From positions 37,387 through 101,386 of the forward strand of contig DAPJ01000028.1 in assembly GCA_002502095.1 (NCBI GenBank): a DNA stretch of 64,000 nt, read 5' to 3'. This document shows, in pieces, positions 63,868 to 64,000 of this stretch (position 1 is its first letter; each line of letters starts with the position of its first letter). Position numbers and translations under genes: made by a program. The notes beneath the pieces were generated by a model. That model saw only the letters and a list, made by a program, of their open reading frames with translations, was not told the origin of the DNA and did no database searches. Origin of the DNA: Euryarchaeota archaeon UBA62 (GTDB lineage: Archaea; Thermoplasmatota; Poseidoniia; Poseidoniales; Thalassarchaeaceae).

Positions 63868-64000
63868 GATTAGTGAAAGACGAAACTAGGATTTATTCTT
63901 CTCGGTGTTTTTTCCTACTTTTTGTTGTTCCTGATGGCCAGATATCTCTCTGCGGCTAGAATAGGCCCAAGAGACGAGCCAGTCACAATTGACGTTATTA

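Noticed and set aside
63886-64000. Possible 3' end of a minus-strand gene entering from the right edge
   Set aside because: Two minus-strand frames are open from the edge: ...GPILAAERYLAIRNNKK stopping at 63915-63917, and ...SGHQEQQKVGKNTEKNKS stopping at 63886-63888. With fewer than 40 codons and no motif, I cannot decide which is real, if either.
1-64000. Searched for CRISPR arrays, IS elements, integrases, prophage genes and rRNA operons
   Set aside because: I saw no regularly spaced direct repeats with unique spacers, no transposase or integrase-like translations in any listed ORF, no terminal inverted repeats flanking any block, and no rRNA-like non-coding stretch (the largest gaps are under 225 nt).

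Overview
This 64-kb window is an almost gap-free chromosomal segment that reads as archaeal. Supporting genes are aRF1 (NIKS, GGQ), aIF2-beta, class I LysRS, aTrm56, a Nog1-type GTPase, XPD helicase, archaeal-type UMP kinase and a PyrE-like/GfcR-type regulator. I call about 56 protein genes and one tRNA-Leu(UAA). I found no rRNA, CRISPR array, transposase, integrase or phage genes. The content falls into five blocks. (i) Three very large secreted, membrane-anchored surface proteins: a 5'-truncated 1158+ aa protein, a 981-aa protein, and a 2994-aa giant with TSP3-type Ca repeats, a transglutaminase-like core and a cytoplasmic DUF4129-like tail. (ii) Amino-acid uptake and catabolism: an ABC importer whose permease carries an N-terminal BNR/Ycf48-like propeller, GdhA, a complete lipA-E1alpha-E1beta-E2-E3-lipB 2-oxoacid dehydrogenase module, and a thiolase. 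(iii) Pterin/folate genes: a FolB/FolX-like plus FolM/PTR1-like pair, PCD and FolP. (iv) Housekeeping genes: purC, carAB, pyrH, dut, argS, lysK, aRF1 and aIF2-beta. (v) A flotillin/NfeD pair. Archaeal information-processing genes combined with bacterial-type metabolic modules and giant adhesin-like genes fit a marine heterotrophic planktonic euryarchaeote (MGII/Poseidoniales-like), but that assignment is inference only. The best follow-up targets are the giant TGase/DUF4129 surface protein and its neighbours, the propeller-permease fusion with no binding-protein gene, a SAP-TM-M28 peptidase, unlisted small zinc-ribbon ORFs, and the near-universal abutting or overlapping stop codons at convergent gene junctions. 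I see no canonical defence island or mobile element. Several start codons were moved relative to the ORF track where an ATG plus a GGAGG-like ribosome-binding site or family N-terminus conservation supports it.
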